Below, piece after piece: positions 19,628 to 29,302 of a stretch of DNA of 64,000 nt. The notes beneath the pieces were generated by a model, which ran no database searches, was not told the origin of the DNA, and saw only the letters and a list, made by a program, of their open reading frames with translations. The DNA comes from Candidatus Latescibacterota bacterium (GTDB lineage: Bacteria; Latescibacterota; UBA2968; UBA8231): NCBI GenBank assembly GCA_965243025.1, contig CBDETY010000003.1, positions 1 to 64,000 on the forward strand, in the 5' to 3' direction. A program made the position numbers and the translations under genes. The stretch's first letter is position 1. Each line of letters starts with the position of its first letter.

Positions 19628-20280
19628 TCCTCACCCCCTCCGACGTAGGAGCGCTCGATTCCGAAGATGATGCGCAGCGAGGTGGCGATGGCCCCGAGGC
19701 TCACCCCCAGAAGGATTCCGCGCTTTGCGGCGAGGTTGGGCACCGACATCAGCCAGTCCGCAAGGGCGGGAAGCGCACCGGAGATCATTTCCCCGATCGG
19801 GACGCGGCCGATCATGACGACGACGGCGGCCACGAGCAGGATGGCGGCGTCGGCGCTGCGGGCGCGGAAGGTGCGGTACGCAGCCGAGGCAATGAAGAAG
19901 GCCAGCATCGAGAACATCGTCGACGTACAGGGGACGTGGACGTTCTGGAACATCCACTGGTAGGCCCCCTCGGCGGCCTGCGGGGCGAACGGTCCGGCGC
20001 CGTCGTTGTGGAGGACGAAGAGGAACATGACGCCGAAGCTCGCCAGGGCGACGGCGTTGTACCCCCATCCGGCGACCCGCAGCCGGATGCGGCTCCAGTG
20101 CAGGTTGAGCAGGCTGAAGAGCCCGAGGAAGTAGGCGAAGGCGAAGGCGATGCGCAGCCACAGGGCAAGCTCGCGCTCGACCTCCTGCGAGGCGGGGTGG
20201 GGGATATAGTAGATCGCCACGGCGACGACGCCGAAGGCGAAGGCGGCCAGTACCGGAAGAGTGCGGCTCAGAAACAGCAT
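19624..20280 (-). CDS. Multi-pass membrane protein of GlmL-like operon
   Basis: STMFSMLAFFIASAAYRTFRAR, AAKRGILLG, LRIIFGIERSY. GGAG RBS. Confidence 0.8.
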   Translation of the reverse strand: MLFLSRTLPVLAAFAFGVVAVAIYYIPHPASQEVERELALWLRIAFAFAYFLGLFSLLNLHWSRIRLRVAGWGYNAVALASFGVMFLFVLHNDGAGPFAPQAAEGAYQWMFQNVHVPCTSTMFSMLAFFIASAAYRTFRARSADAAILLVAAVVVMIGRVPIGEMISGALPALADWLMSVPNLAAKRGILLGVSLGAIATSLRIIFGIERSYVGGGEE

Positions 20281-20289
20281 TTCTCCAGC

Positions 20290-21492
20290 CTAAAGCGCGG
20301 TGAAAAGTTGCGTGAGCCAGGGTTTTCCCCAGGCGGCCAGCAGGGAGCCGGCAACCAGGACGAACAGCAGCAGCCCCTTGCCGATGTCCTGCCCCTTGAG
20401 ACTGCCGAGCAGCCGGGGCTCGCGCGACAAGTAGGCGCTGGCGGCGTACAGCTCCTCGCCGAGGAGGGTGTAGTCGCAGGTGGTGACGAAGAACGGAAGC
20501 TGGGTGAAGGCGTCGGTGCCGGCGATCTGGATCGCCCCGGTGGAGGCCCCGGTCTCGGCCAGCAGCAGGGACTCGGCGTAGAAATACCCCATCATGATGT
20601 GGGCCGCCGGCTTCTCTCGCACCATGATCCCCTCGACCGCGGCGGCGTAGCTGAACTGGTCGGTGGCGGCGATGAAGATGTTGTCGGGGTTGAAGGCGTC
20701 GGGCCGCCCTGCCTCGATGTACGCCTCCTTCACCGTCTCCTGGCTTACCGACATGACCACCGGGTTGGAATTGGTCACTTTCAGCAGGGTGTCGTACTCG
20801 GCGGTGCGGCGGGCGACGCGGCCGAGGATGTTGACGGCGGCGATGGTGGAAATGGCGTCCATCTCGCGAAGGCCGTGGATGTAGAGCACCGATTTGCCCA
20901 TCTCGGTGGCGCGGCCCAGTGCCTCGTCGAGCGCCTCGAGGCCGGCGATGCGGCGCACGAAGAGCTCCTTTCTCTTCGCCATCGAGATGGAGATCAGGAT
21001 CGCCGCCGACAGCACCACCCCGAGGAGGAGGTTGTTGAGCTTGTTCCAGTTGAACAGCTGCGCCGTCGCCGTCGCCTCGACCGCCTTGCCGCGTCCCTCC
21101 CCCGCGGCGGTCTGCACCCCCACCCGGAGGAAGTAGGGGGTGCCGTTTTCCAGGGCCACGGACTCCCCCCCGGCTTCGTACTTCTCGACGTGGGCGAACT
21201 GGTGCCGGGCGGTCTCGGGACCGAACCCGAAGACCGCGGGATTCTCCGACTGCAGGCCGGCGCCGGCGGCAACCGAGGCGGCCAGGTGAAACGGTCCGTT
21301 TGCGAGCTCGGCTACGTAGATGTTGTAGACGGCGTCCCGGGGGGCGGCCTCGTCGAGCGGCCAGGTCACGGTGATGCTGCCGCCGCCGTCGTTCGGGGTG
21401 TCGAAGGCCTCGAAGCCCGGAGGGGCCGCGGCCTGCCCACCGACCAGGCAGGGAAACAGGAACAGCAGCAGCAGCGGGAAGGAGGGTTTCAT
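20290..21492 (-). CDS. Signal peptide plus FnIII-like plus DUF6754-like membrane protein
   Basis: Signal peptide, DTPNDGGGSITVTW beta domain, TM, RRIAGLEALDEALGRATEMGK, GYFYAESLLLAE, QLPFFVTTCDYTLLGEELYAASAYL. Family name recalled, not searched. Confidence 0.75.
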   Translation of the reverse strand: MKPSFPLLLLFLFPCLVGGQAAAPPGFEAFDTPNDGGGSITVTWPLDEAAPRDAVYNIYVAELANGPFHLAASVAAGAGLQSENPAVFGFGPETARHQFAHVEKYEAGGESVALENGTPYFLRVGVQTAAGEGRGKAVEATATAQLFNWNKLNNLLLGVVLSAAILISISMAKRKELFVRRIAGLEALDEALGRATEMGKSVLYIHGLREMDAISTIAAVNILGRVARRTAEYDTLLKVTNSNPVVMSVSQETVKEAYIEAGRPDAFNPDNIFIAATDQFSYAAAVEGIMVREKPAAHIMMGYFYAESLLLAETGASTGAIQIAGTDAFTQLPFFVTTCDYTLLGEELYAASAYLSREPRLLGSLKGQDIGKGLLLFVLVAGSLLAAWGKPWLTQLFTAL

Positions 21493-21692
21493 TCGATTCA
21501 ATGACGTGCGCCCTTCAGCCGGCTGAAGCCCGGCTGCACAGAGCTTTGCCGGCGCCGGCGGGATTCGGCGGCGCCTTGCACCCGGGTCGAGACCGGACCC
21601 CGGGCGCGAGGAGCAGTTTCCACGCCCCGTGCATCCGGGTTGAACCGGCCCTCGAACCGGGCGCTGTCCGATCTGGCAAATCTCCACCATCC

Positions 21693-22820
21693 TCACCGCT
21701 CGATCAGCTCTACGTTGGCGCGGGGTACCACCGCCCGGGTCCCGTCTTCGAACTCGACCTCCAGCACCCGCACCCGGGCCCCGCTTTCGACCGTGCGAAG
21801 CTCCGGAATCAGGGCGCGCACCCTGGCGACGCGCCCGAAATGGGGCGCGCGGATGACGCGCAGGGCGTCCCCCTCGGCCATACCCCCCGGATTCTCTTTC
21901 GCCGCGGTCGTCTCCGCAGTGTCCGGGCCGGGCGAAGGGATGATTATCTCGGGACGCTGGACCCCGGCGCGGATCTGGGTCGCACCCGAAATCGAGGCCT
22001 GCATGCCCTCGCACGAGCGCAGGATGTCGAAGGTATTGCGAGCCATGGCTATCTCACCGAACCCCTCGGTGACGATCAGGGTGGTGCCGATGTCCTCGGC
22101 CCCGGTTATGGCGACGCCGAGGTCGTAGCCGAGAAGCTCCTTGAGATCGCGGTCGTGGATGCCGCCGGCGATCACCCCTGCGGCCCCGGCCCCGGCGGCC
22201 CTCTGCAGCGCCTCGATGCCGGCGATTCCCCCGGCGACCAGCACTGCGCCGCCGCATCTCCCGTCGATCTGCCCTTCGCTCAGCGGTTCGTCGTGAGCCT
22301 GCGACAGGACCCGAAGCGGCCCCCAGCGCTCTCCGCCGATCCCGAAAATCCCCTGCACGTAGGCCCCTTCCGTCTCGACGACGACCCCCTCCCCCGGCAG
22401 CTCCTCGACGACCACGCCGTCGACGAAGGCGGGAATCTCGACGCGCGACGGCGGCTTGCGCAAGAGCACCTGGCCGGTCACCGGGGAGATGCTCTCGACG
22501 ATACCGTCGGTCTCTGCCGGGACAACGGTCTTGAACCACTTGATCCAGGGCCGCGTCTCGGCGAGCGGCTCTCCCTGACGCACCTGATCCCCCTCCGCTT
22601 TAAGCATGAAGCGGGCCAGATCGGCGGCGGGCACCCCGAGGCGATTGACGAGGTTCTGGGTCACCGCGTCTCCCGGCAGCTCGGTGCGGGCCACGACCTC
22701 GTCGCGGGCGACGCGGTCGCCGGCGCGAGCCGCGAGCTCGCCGGACAGCGGCAGCCGCCTCGTTTTGCGCAGCGTCGTGTGGCCGCTGACGCGCAGGCCG
22801 GGGGTGTAGGCGTGGGCCAT
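21693..22820 (-). CDS. Conserved hypothetical soluble protein (partner of GlmL-like ATPase)
   Basis: MAHAYTPGL start overlapping the upstream stop by 1 nt (TGATG); VQGIFGIGGE, TEGFG, GATQIRAGVQRPEIII, KOW-like C-terminus VPRANVE. Confidence 0.8.
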   Translation of the reverse strand: MAHAYTPGLRVSGHTTLRKTRRLPLSGELAARAGDRVARDEVVARTELPGDAVTQNLVNRLGVPAADLARFMLKAEGDQVRQGEPLAETRPWIKWFKTVVPAETDGIVESISPVTGQVLLRKPPSRVEIPAFVDGVVVEELPGEGVVVETEGAYVQGIFGIGGERWGPLRVLSQAHDEPLSEGQIDGRCGGAVLVAGGIAGIEALQRAAGAGAAGVIAGGIHDRDLKELLGYDLGVAITGAEDIGTTLIVTEGFGEIAMARNTFDILRSCEGMQASISGATQIRAGVQRPEIIIPSPGPDTAETTAAKENPGGMAEGDALRVIRAPHFGRVARVRALIPELRTVESGARVRVLEVEFEDGTRAVVPRANVELIER

Positions 22821-24652
22821 CAGCCCGGCTCCGTTGTGCCGGGGTAGGATCCGAGCGCCTCGTTCCAGGCCCGCACCTGTTCGCGGCGCCCGGCCGCCGA
22901 TGGAGCGAACTCGATCGGCCGCCCGCGCCCGTCGAGGAGGAGGCCGGCGGCCCCTCCGCGAACCCGCGAACTTGCAGCCCTGCCGATTCCCGCCCCGGCG
23001 TCCCAGCCGCGGGCGGGTTCGAGGGAGAGGTCGGCCTCCTCTTCTGCGGCGAGGTCGATGCGCACCAGCTCCCCGACATGCAGGCGGCCGGACACCGGTC
23101 CGGACGCTGCGCCTGTGAGGGTGAAGTCGCAGCAGGCCTCCCCCGGTTTGCCGCTGCCTGCCGGGGCCGCGCAGGTGCCCAGATCGATCAGGCAGTCGCG
23201 CTCGAAGACGTCGGAGGCGGCCTGTTCGTCCAACCCCGCCAGGGCGCCGAGGTGGGGCATCATGAAAATGCTGTCCACGGCGAGGCGGGTGATCCCCGCC
23301 GGTTCGAAGGCGTCGATCAGCATCGCCGCGGCCTGCACGCGGCGCGGGGCGTGGGAGAGCACTCCGCCGCTGCCGACGAGAAGGTCGAGGGCCGTCATGT
23401 CGATCAGGGATTCCCCGGTCGCCGACTGCTCGAAGACGTCGGACAGGGTGCGTTCCGACTGCACCCCCTTGAGGCCGACGGCGAGGGCGCGGTGCTGGAC
23501 GAAGGCGAGGCGCAGGGCCTCGCGCGCCAGGGCGTGCTCGAGCTGCAGCTCCTCGAGTTGCTGCGGTATGGTGGTCGGCCGGATCATCTTGTTCTTGATG
23601 CGGTCGCGCAGGTCTGTCTCCTCGATGTCGAACGGTATCCAGCGCATGGCGTTCTCCAGACCGGCCTCGTTGAGGACGTTGGAGATGCTGTAGGACATGC
23701 CGAGGTTGGCGCTGACCGAGCGGTTGAAGACCGGCTCCTCCCGGTCCGCGCCGCCGCCGGAGGGGGGGCGGAAGACGCTGAAGACGTCGGTGGTGGCGCC
23801 GCCGATGTCGACGCCGATGACGTCGATGCCCCGGAGGCGGGCGATCGTCTGAATGATCCTGCCGACCGCGGCCGGGGTCGGAACGATCGGCGCTCCTGTC
23901 CAGGTCATCAGCTTGCGGTACCCCGGGGCCTGCGCCATCACGTGCTCGAGGAAGAGGTCGTGGATCACCTGCCGGGCGGGACCGAGGTTCTCCCTCTCGA
24001 GCACCGGCCGCAGGTTCTCGGTAACGGTGAGGGCGGTCTTTTCGGCGAGGGTGTTTTCGATCTCGCCGCGGGCGTCGCGGTTCCCCGCGTAGATGAGGGG
24101 CAGCCGGAAGCCGCTGCCGAACCTCGGCTTCGGATCGGCCGCGGCGATGAACTCGGCGAGCTCGACGACGTGCGAGACGGTGCCGCCGTCGGTGCCGCCG
24201 GACAGCAGGAACATGTCGGGCCGCAGCCGGCGGATGCGCTCGATCTTCTCGTGGGGAAGCCGCCGGTCGTTGGCGGCGAGCACGTCCATGACGATGGCCC
24301 CGGCTCCCAGGGCGCAGCGCTGCGCGCTTTCCCCCGTCATCGAGGCGACCACCCCGGCCACCATCATCTGCAGGCCGCCCCCGGCGCTGCTCGTCGAAAT
24401 GTAGATGTCGACGCCGCGGTCCCCTTCCGCCGGAGTCAGGATCCGCTCCCCGTCGAGGATCGTCCGCCCCGACAGCTCCTCCACCTCGGCGATGGCGTTG
24501 AGCGCGCCGCGCGTCACGTCCTCGAAAGGAGCCTCGACAGTGGTCGGGGCCTCGCCGCGGAAGGTCTGCCGGCATACCCCGTCCGGCTGGCGCTCGATGA
24601 GGATCGCTTTCGTCGTGGTGCTGCCGCAGTCGGTGGCGATGAATACGTCCAT
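22820..24652 (-). CDS. GlmL (glutamate mutase L)-like ASKHA ATPase
   Basis: DCGSTTTK, SSAGGGL, LSGGTDGG, YAGN, PTPAAV, DIGGATTDVFS, GSGGVLSHAP. Confidence 0.87.
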   Translation of the reverse strand: MDVFIATDCGSTTTKAILIERQPDGVCRQTFRGEAPTTVEAPFEDVTRGALNAIAEVEELSGRTILDGERILTPAEGDRGVDIYISTSSAGGGLQMMVAGVVASMTGESAQRCALGAGAIVMDVLAANDRRLPHEKIERIRRLRPDMFLLSGGTDGGTVSHVVELAEFIAAADPKPRFGSGFRLPLIYAGNRDARGEIENTLAEKTALTVTENLRPVLERENLGPARQVIHDLFLEHVMAQAPGYRKLMTWTGAPIVPTPAAVGRIIQTIARLRGIDVIGVDIGGATTDVFSVFRPPSGGGADREEPVFNRSVSANLGMSYSISNVLNEAGLENAMRWIPFDIEETDLRDRIKNKMIRPTTIPQQLEELQLEHALAREALRLAFVQHRALAVGLKGVQSERTLSDVFEQSATGESLIDMTALDLLVGSGGVLSHAPRRVQAAAMLIDAFEPAGITRLAVDSIFMMPHLGALAGLDEQAASDVFERDCLIDLGTCAAPAGSGKPGEACCDFTLTGAASGPVSGRLHVGELVRIDLAAEEEADLSLEPARGWDAGAGIGRAASSRVRGGAAGLLLDGRGRPIEFAPSAAGRREQVRAWNEALGSYPGTTEPG

Positions 24653-24670
24653 TGCAGTTCCGGTCCGACG

Positions 24671-25042
24671 CTACTTGCTTTCCGCGCCGGTTGCCCGGTT
24701 GCCGCCCGGGCCGCCGCCGCGGGAGATGGCCACTACCAGGGCGTCGACGGCGCCGCGCTTCGCCAGCAGCCGGGTAAACCTTTTCAGCTCCCCGGGATTG
24801 AAGATCAGCGAGATGAAGGGGCTGAGGAAGACGAGCAGCTGGCTGCCGACGAAGTTGAACGGCCGCCCCACTTCGAGGAGCATGACGGCCGGCGCCGCCA
24901 GTCCGCGGCGGACGAGGAAGTCGGCGACGCGGTCGATCAGCTCCTGCTCCGACTCGTCGATGGCGCGGTCGGCAGCCGGTTCGACGGCGAAGGCGTGCGA
25001 GCACCAGGCCCGCAGCCGCTCAACCCGGGACATGAGGTCCAA
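24671..25042 (-). CDS. Conserved hypothetical protein
   Basis: RRGLAAPAVMLLEVGRPFNFVGSQ; operonic spacing. Alternative ATG at 25033. Confidence 0.7.
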   Translation of the reverse strand: MDLMSRVERLRAWCSHAFAVEPAADRAIDESEQELIDRVADFLVRRGLAAPAVMLLEVGRPFNFVGSQLLVFLSPFISLIFNPGELKRFTRLLAKRGAVDALVVAISRGGGPGGNRATGAESK

Positions 25043-25451
25043 CCAGATCCTCGAGTTTCTTCACCCCGACCCCCGAGGCCGGAAGGAAGAGGCCCCGGTA
25101 GCTGTCGAGACGGCTGGGGCGGGGGAACGGGCTGAGAAACAGCCCGTCCTCGCGGACCTCCACCCGCCGTATTTCCTCCCAGGCTCGCAGCCGCCGCCGG
25201 AACAGGTGGCTCACGGCGACCCCGGAGGCGCCGATCTCGTAGCTCGTCGGCAGGAGAAACCGCGACATCGATCCGCTGAGAACCGCCAGGGCGATGACGC
25301 CGTACAGGAGCCCCTCGAAAGCGGCCGCGGCGAGGGCGGAGAAAGCGAGGATCGCCGCCACCAGGGCCGCGGATTTCGGCCACGGCTCTTCAACCAGAGG
25401 GTGGCAGACCCAGGAACAGCGGGCCGCGCCGGCCCGGGTTTCGCCCTTCAT
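25020..25451 (-). CDS. Two-TM hypothetical protein with possible PH-like domain
   Basis: Two hydrophobic helices, then FLLPTSYEI...W..IRRVE...LSPF...SRLDSYRGL. Confidence 0.65.
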   Translation of the reverse strand: MKGETRAGAARCSWVCHPLVEEPWPKSAALVAAILAFSALAAAAFEGLLYGVIALAVLSGSMSRFLLPTSYEIGASGVAVSHLFRRRLRAWEEIRRVEVREDGLFLSPFPRPSRLDSYRGLFLPASGVGVKKLEDLVGPHVPG

Positions 25452-25798
25452 CGGATAATCGGGTGACACGAATGGTTATGGGCAGTAAGGCTCGGGAGCT
25501 TGGGAAACAGGGAGGCAGCCGGGAGGGCAAGAGTAACTCCGGCGATGCCGGCCGGCAACTGCCCGGGAGGTTGGCAAACATCGAGGGGCGCCCCCCGGTA
25601 CTGGAGAAACCCCTGATGGATAAATCTCCTGATCAAAATGGATTTTTTTCGATGTACACTTTTTTTTGACCAGAGGGTCAATCGATCCGTTGATTTCATC
25701 GATATTCGTTGACATCTGGAATCAGCCCTGCGCAATTCCCCCAAAGATGCATGTTGCGGCTCATGTGAAAAGGTTCATCGGCCAACCCAACCACCCTG

Positions 25799-25848
25799 AA
25801 ACCGTCAGGAGATCACAAATGAAAAACCGTCAGGAGATCACAAATGAA
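25799..25848 (+). repeat. Perfect 2 x 25-bp tandem repeat containing RBS and ATG
   Basis: aaaccgtcaggagatcacaaatgaa occurs twice, head to tail. Confidence 0.92.
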
Positions 25849-26038
25849 ATGGATATGACGTCTTATTCGACTAATTGATTTCAGATACCCGGTAATTCCA
25901 CCCCTTTCCAGCGCTGTATCCGGTTGACATCGATCCGGGTTCGGATCTACGAAAACCGCTGCGGCGCATTCTGCTTGAGTACGGCTCCGAAGAGAGAGTT
26001 GACTGAATGAGCTTGCCTTTCCGAAAAGGAGAACCCTC

Positions 26039-27754
26039 GTGATGAAACCCGGAACCTTTCCAAACCTGGCATCGATGATTCCTGTTGCAGGCCTCCTCCT
26101 GCTGGCCCCCCTGGCGCAGGCACAGGCCCAATGCGTACTCCCTGAAGGCGCGACCCCTCCTGAGGAACCCGAGGTGACGGCGCAACAGGTGGAAGAGGGC
26201 AGCGCGGCCCTGATGGACTTCGCACTGGGCGCAAGAGACCAGTTCAAGCTCATGTCCGAGGTGGGTGGGGCGACAGCCTACCACTTTGGATGCCTCATCC
26301 GGCAGGAGGGGGGTCCCTGGCGTTCCGGTTCCACCTACCTCGTGCAACTGACACTCGACGGCAGGGTCTTCGTTCACGCCAAGGAAATGGCGTTGTCGGG
26401 CAGACTCCTCGATCGCAGGATTCTTGCGGGGATCCTCGTTTCGCTGGGCGTCTCCCGGGAGGATCTGGCCGACCCGGCTTCCGTTCTGAACACCTTGCTG
26501 GAAGAGCCGCATGCCCCGTTTGATCTGACACTGCTCGGTGCCTCCGGCTATGCCACCGCCTACGCCAGGGCTCATCGACCGGACCCGCTGATCCTGCTTG
26601 CCGGGTTCGATCTCGACGCGTCTCACGTGGTGGAGGAAGAGATCGATTACGGCGACCCGGCCATCACGGCCGGGGAGGTGGTCGACCGCGAGAGCCTGGA
26701 GGCCTTCGTCACGCAGGCGGGAGGTTACTTCATCGAAGGTTTGAGGACCGGCGGCCGAGCCGCCGTCTCGAGAGTCAAGGTTGCCATGCGGGACCCGAAC
26801 GGGCCCTGGAGACACGGCTCCGTGTACCTCTACGTCCTGGATCTCGCCAGCAACCTCATCCTGTTTCACGGCGTGAATCCGGACAGGTACGAGCTGCGGC
26901 CCCTGGTGGCGACTGTCCGGGATGTCGTTACCGGAGAGCTCATTCTGCCGCAGGTCATCGAAGCGGCGAAGAGCAGCCCGGAAGGCGGCTTCGTGGAGTA
27001 TTTCTTCGACGATCCCACCGACGACACCGACAGCGCCGATGTCCCCAAGGTGGGTTACGCCCGCCAGTTCAGAGGTGAACGATTCAACGTCATCATCGGG
27101 TCGGGCTTTTATGGAAGCGCACCCGAGGAACCCGAAGTTGTTGCCGATGGTCCCGGCACCGAAGTGGAGGTCACGGTCCTGGGCGAGGCCGTCGAGGGGT
27201 TGACGGTGGAGTTTTCCCGCGCCATTGCCGGCCGTTCCCGCGATTTCGCCTGGAACGCGACCACCGATGCTTCCGGCCAGGCGTCCCTGATTATTTCGGG
27301 GAGGCAGGTGAGCGGGTTCTATCAGGCCAGAGCCCGCAACATTGACGGCGAGGTCGTCGGTCAGTGGCACAGCATTCCCCTCAACCGCAACAGACGCCAG
27401 GTCCTGGAACTGACGCTGGGCGGCGGCATGAGGGTTGTACGCGTCGAATCACTGGCGGCGGCCAAGGCAGTGGCGGCGGCAGGCGGGCTGGGACCCAATG
27501 CGCCCAACCCCTTCAACAGCGAAACGCAGATCGCCTACCGCCTGTCCAGCCCCGGCGCGGTGCAGCTGGTGGTCTACAATGTGCTGGGCCAGCCGGTGCG
27601 CACCCTGGTGAATGAGTTCCAGGCCGCCGGCACCTACCAGGTCCAGTGGGATGCCCGCGACCAGCAGGGCGCCTCGCTGTCGTCGGGGATCTACATCACC
27701 CGTCTCAGCTATCCCGGAGGGGTGCAGACGCGCCGGCTGCTCTACCTCAAATAG
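26039..27754 (+). CDS. Secreted protein with tandem Cache-like domains and FlgD-like C-terminal domain
   Basis: Signal peptide, GPWRxGSxY repeated twice, GGFVEYFFDDP...KVGYA, NAPNPFN...YNVLGQPVRTLV...WDARD...SGIY. AAGGAG RBS. Confidence 0.8.
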   Translation: MMKPGTFPNLASMIPVAGLLLLAPLAQAQAQCVLPEGATPPEEPEVTAQQVEEGSAALMDFALGARDQFKLMSEVGGATAYHFGCLIRQEGGPWRSGSTYLVQLTLDGRVFVHAKEMALSGRLLDRRILAGILVSLGVSREDLADPASVLNTLLEEPHAPFDLTLLGASGYATAYARAHRPDPLILLAGFDLDASHVVEEEIDYGDPAITAGEVVDRESLEAFVTQAGGYFIEGLRTGGRAAVSRVKVAMRDPNGPWRHGSVYLYVLDLASNLILFHGVNPDRYELRPLVATVRDVVTGELILPQVIEAAKSSPEGGFVEYFFDDPTDDTDSADVPKVGYARQFRGERFNVIIGSGFYGSAPEEPEVVADGPGTEVEVTVLGEAVEGLTVEFSRAIAGRSRDFAWNATTDASGQASLIISGRQVSGFYQARARNIDGEVVGQWHSIPLNRNRRQVLELTLGGGMRVVRVESLAAAKAVAAAGGLGPNAPNPFNSETQIAYRLSSPGAVQLVVYNVLGQPVRTLVNEFQAAGTYQVQWDARDQQGASLSSGIYITRLSYPGGVQTRRLLYLK

Positions 27755-28048
27755 CGCCGAACGGGAAACGGGATGAACAGCCGCGAGCAGGAGTGACTTC
27801 GGTCATGGCGGCCGGCACGGCACTACCCTTTTCCGGAGATTCCTTTCTCTTCGTCGGTGTTGCTACTGGCAACGCTCGCTTTGACTTGGGTTGGAGGCCT
27901 GGTCGATTTGCTGACTTTCCTGTTCGCTTCCGTGTCCCGGGCTCCGAAGAATGGGCTTCTTCATGGCTTTCCCGGTGGGGCCATGCGGTACCCGACCTCG
28001 CGCTCGGTCAGGATGCAGGGCGGCGTCACTACATCCCCGCAACCCCGG

Positions 28049-29104
28049 TCAACTCCAGGCTTCCCCGAGCAGGCGGATCCAGTTGCCGTGCATGATTGCG
28101 GCGATGTCGCCTGAGGTGTACCCGCGCTTCTCCAGCAGGGCGGGGATGCGCTGCAGATCGGCGATCGTGTCGATGTCGGCGGGGCTCTGCTCCTTGCCGT
28201 AGCCGCCGTCGAGGTCGGTGCCGATGGCGGCGTGGCGGGCGCTGCCCGCAACCTGGCAGACGTGGTCGATGTGGTCGACCACCGTGTCCAGGGTGATGCC
28301 GGTGTTGTCGGCCGCCTCGCGGTCCCAGAGGGGGGACAGCATCCAGGCGTCGAAGGCGGCGCCGATGATCCCGCCGCGCTCGACCAGCGCCTCGATCTGC
28401 CGGTCGTCGAGCTGGCGGTCGTGGTCGCACAGGGCGCGGCAGCAGTTGTGGGTGGCGATGACGCGCCCGCCGAAGACCTCCAGGGCTTCACGGAACGCCT
28501 GTTCGGCCAGGTGGCTGACGTCGAGGATCATGCCGGCCCGCTCCAGCTCCTTCAGCATCGGCGCTCCCCTCGGGGTCAGGCCTCCGGGTGCCTGGGTGCC
28601 GTGGGAGTAGGAGCTGATCCCGTAGTGGCAGAGGCTGACGATGCGCAGACCCTCGTCCCACCACTCCGCCACCTGCTCCTCGTCGACGATGCCGTCGGCC
28701 CCCTCCATCGAGAGCACGTAACCGAGCGGCGTCGAGGCGCTGTCCTGCTCCCAATTCCGCAGGTGGGCGTCGAGGCCGGCGGCGTCGCGGATCTGCCTGA
28801 GAACCCCCTTCGCCTCCATAAGGCGGTAGTAGGCGACCTCGCCGCGGCACTTGGCGCAGGCGATGTCCTGGGTGCGCACCCCGGGGAAGCGCTTGCCCAC
28901 CGAGGCCAGACGGCAGCCGCAGGTCGCCACGAACAGGCCGATTTCGCCGCGGCGCAGCTCGTCGAAGCAGACGACGTTGAGGCCGCGGCCCTTGCCGCCC
29001 ATCCCGGCCTCGGACTCCCGGATCGCGGCAATCGGCTGCAGCAGGTCGCGGTCCCACTCCAGGGCGTTGTGGGCGATATCGAGGTGTGAATCGACGATCA
29101 GCAT
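28049..29104 (-). CDS. Membrane dipeptidase (peptidase M19)
   Basis: DSHLD, SMEGAD, DVSHL, ATHN, HIDH, IGTDLDG. Confidence 0.9.
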   Translation of the reverse strand: MLIVDSHLDIAHNALEWDRDLLQPIAAIRESEAGMGGKGRGLNVVCFDELRRGEIGLFVATCGCRLASVGKRFPGVRTQDIACAKCRGEVAYYRLMEAKGVLRQIRDAAGLDAHLRNWEQDSASTPLGYVLSMEGADGIVDEEQVAEWWDEGLRIVSLCHYGISSYSHGTQAPGGLTPRGAPMLKELERAGMILDVSHLAEQAFREALEVFGGRVIATHNCCRALCDHDRQLDDRQIEALVERGGIIGAAFDAWMLSPLWDREAADNTGITLDTVVDHIDHVCQVAGSARHAAIGTDLDGGYGKEQSPADIDTIADLQRIPALLEKRGYTSGDIAAIMHGNWIRLLGEAWS

Positions 29105-29302
29105 GGGGTTCACTCCGGCAGGTCGGGTTGTATGTGGTCAGGGACACAGGAGCTGGCGCAGGAAGGGCACGGTTTCAGGAAATCGCTCCGGCGGTGCCAG
29201 GCGTGGATTCGGCAACGGGCGGCCGGACATGGCCGCGGCCAGCCTGAAGTTCCGGCGCAAGCGGGGGGAGCCGGCGGTTCCGAACCGCTCAATCGAATTC
29301 CC

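Noticed and set aside
22820-24652. Reading as DNA-repair MutL or as proof of glutamate fermentation
   Set aside because: Motifs are ASKHA, not GHKL, and no mutase subunits are in the window.
21693-25004. 1103-aa ORF
   Set aside because: Only the last 375 aa (from ATG 22820) look real; the rest is an Arg-rich off-frame reading of the GlmL-like gene.
25799-25848. CRISPR array
   Set aside because: Only two copies with no spacer, and no cas genes.
27755-28048. Small ORFs downstream of the Cache/FlgD gene
   Set aside because: Atypical codon usage, overlap with the dipeptidase end, and no motifs.
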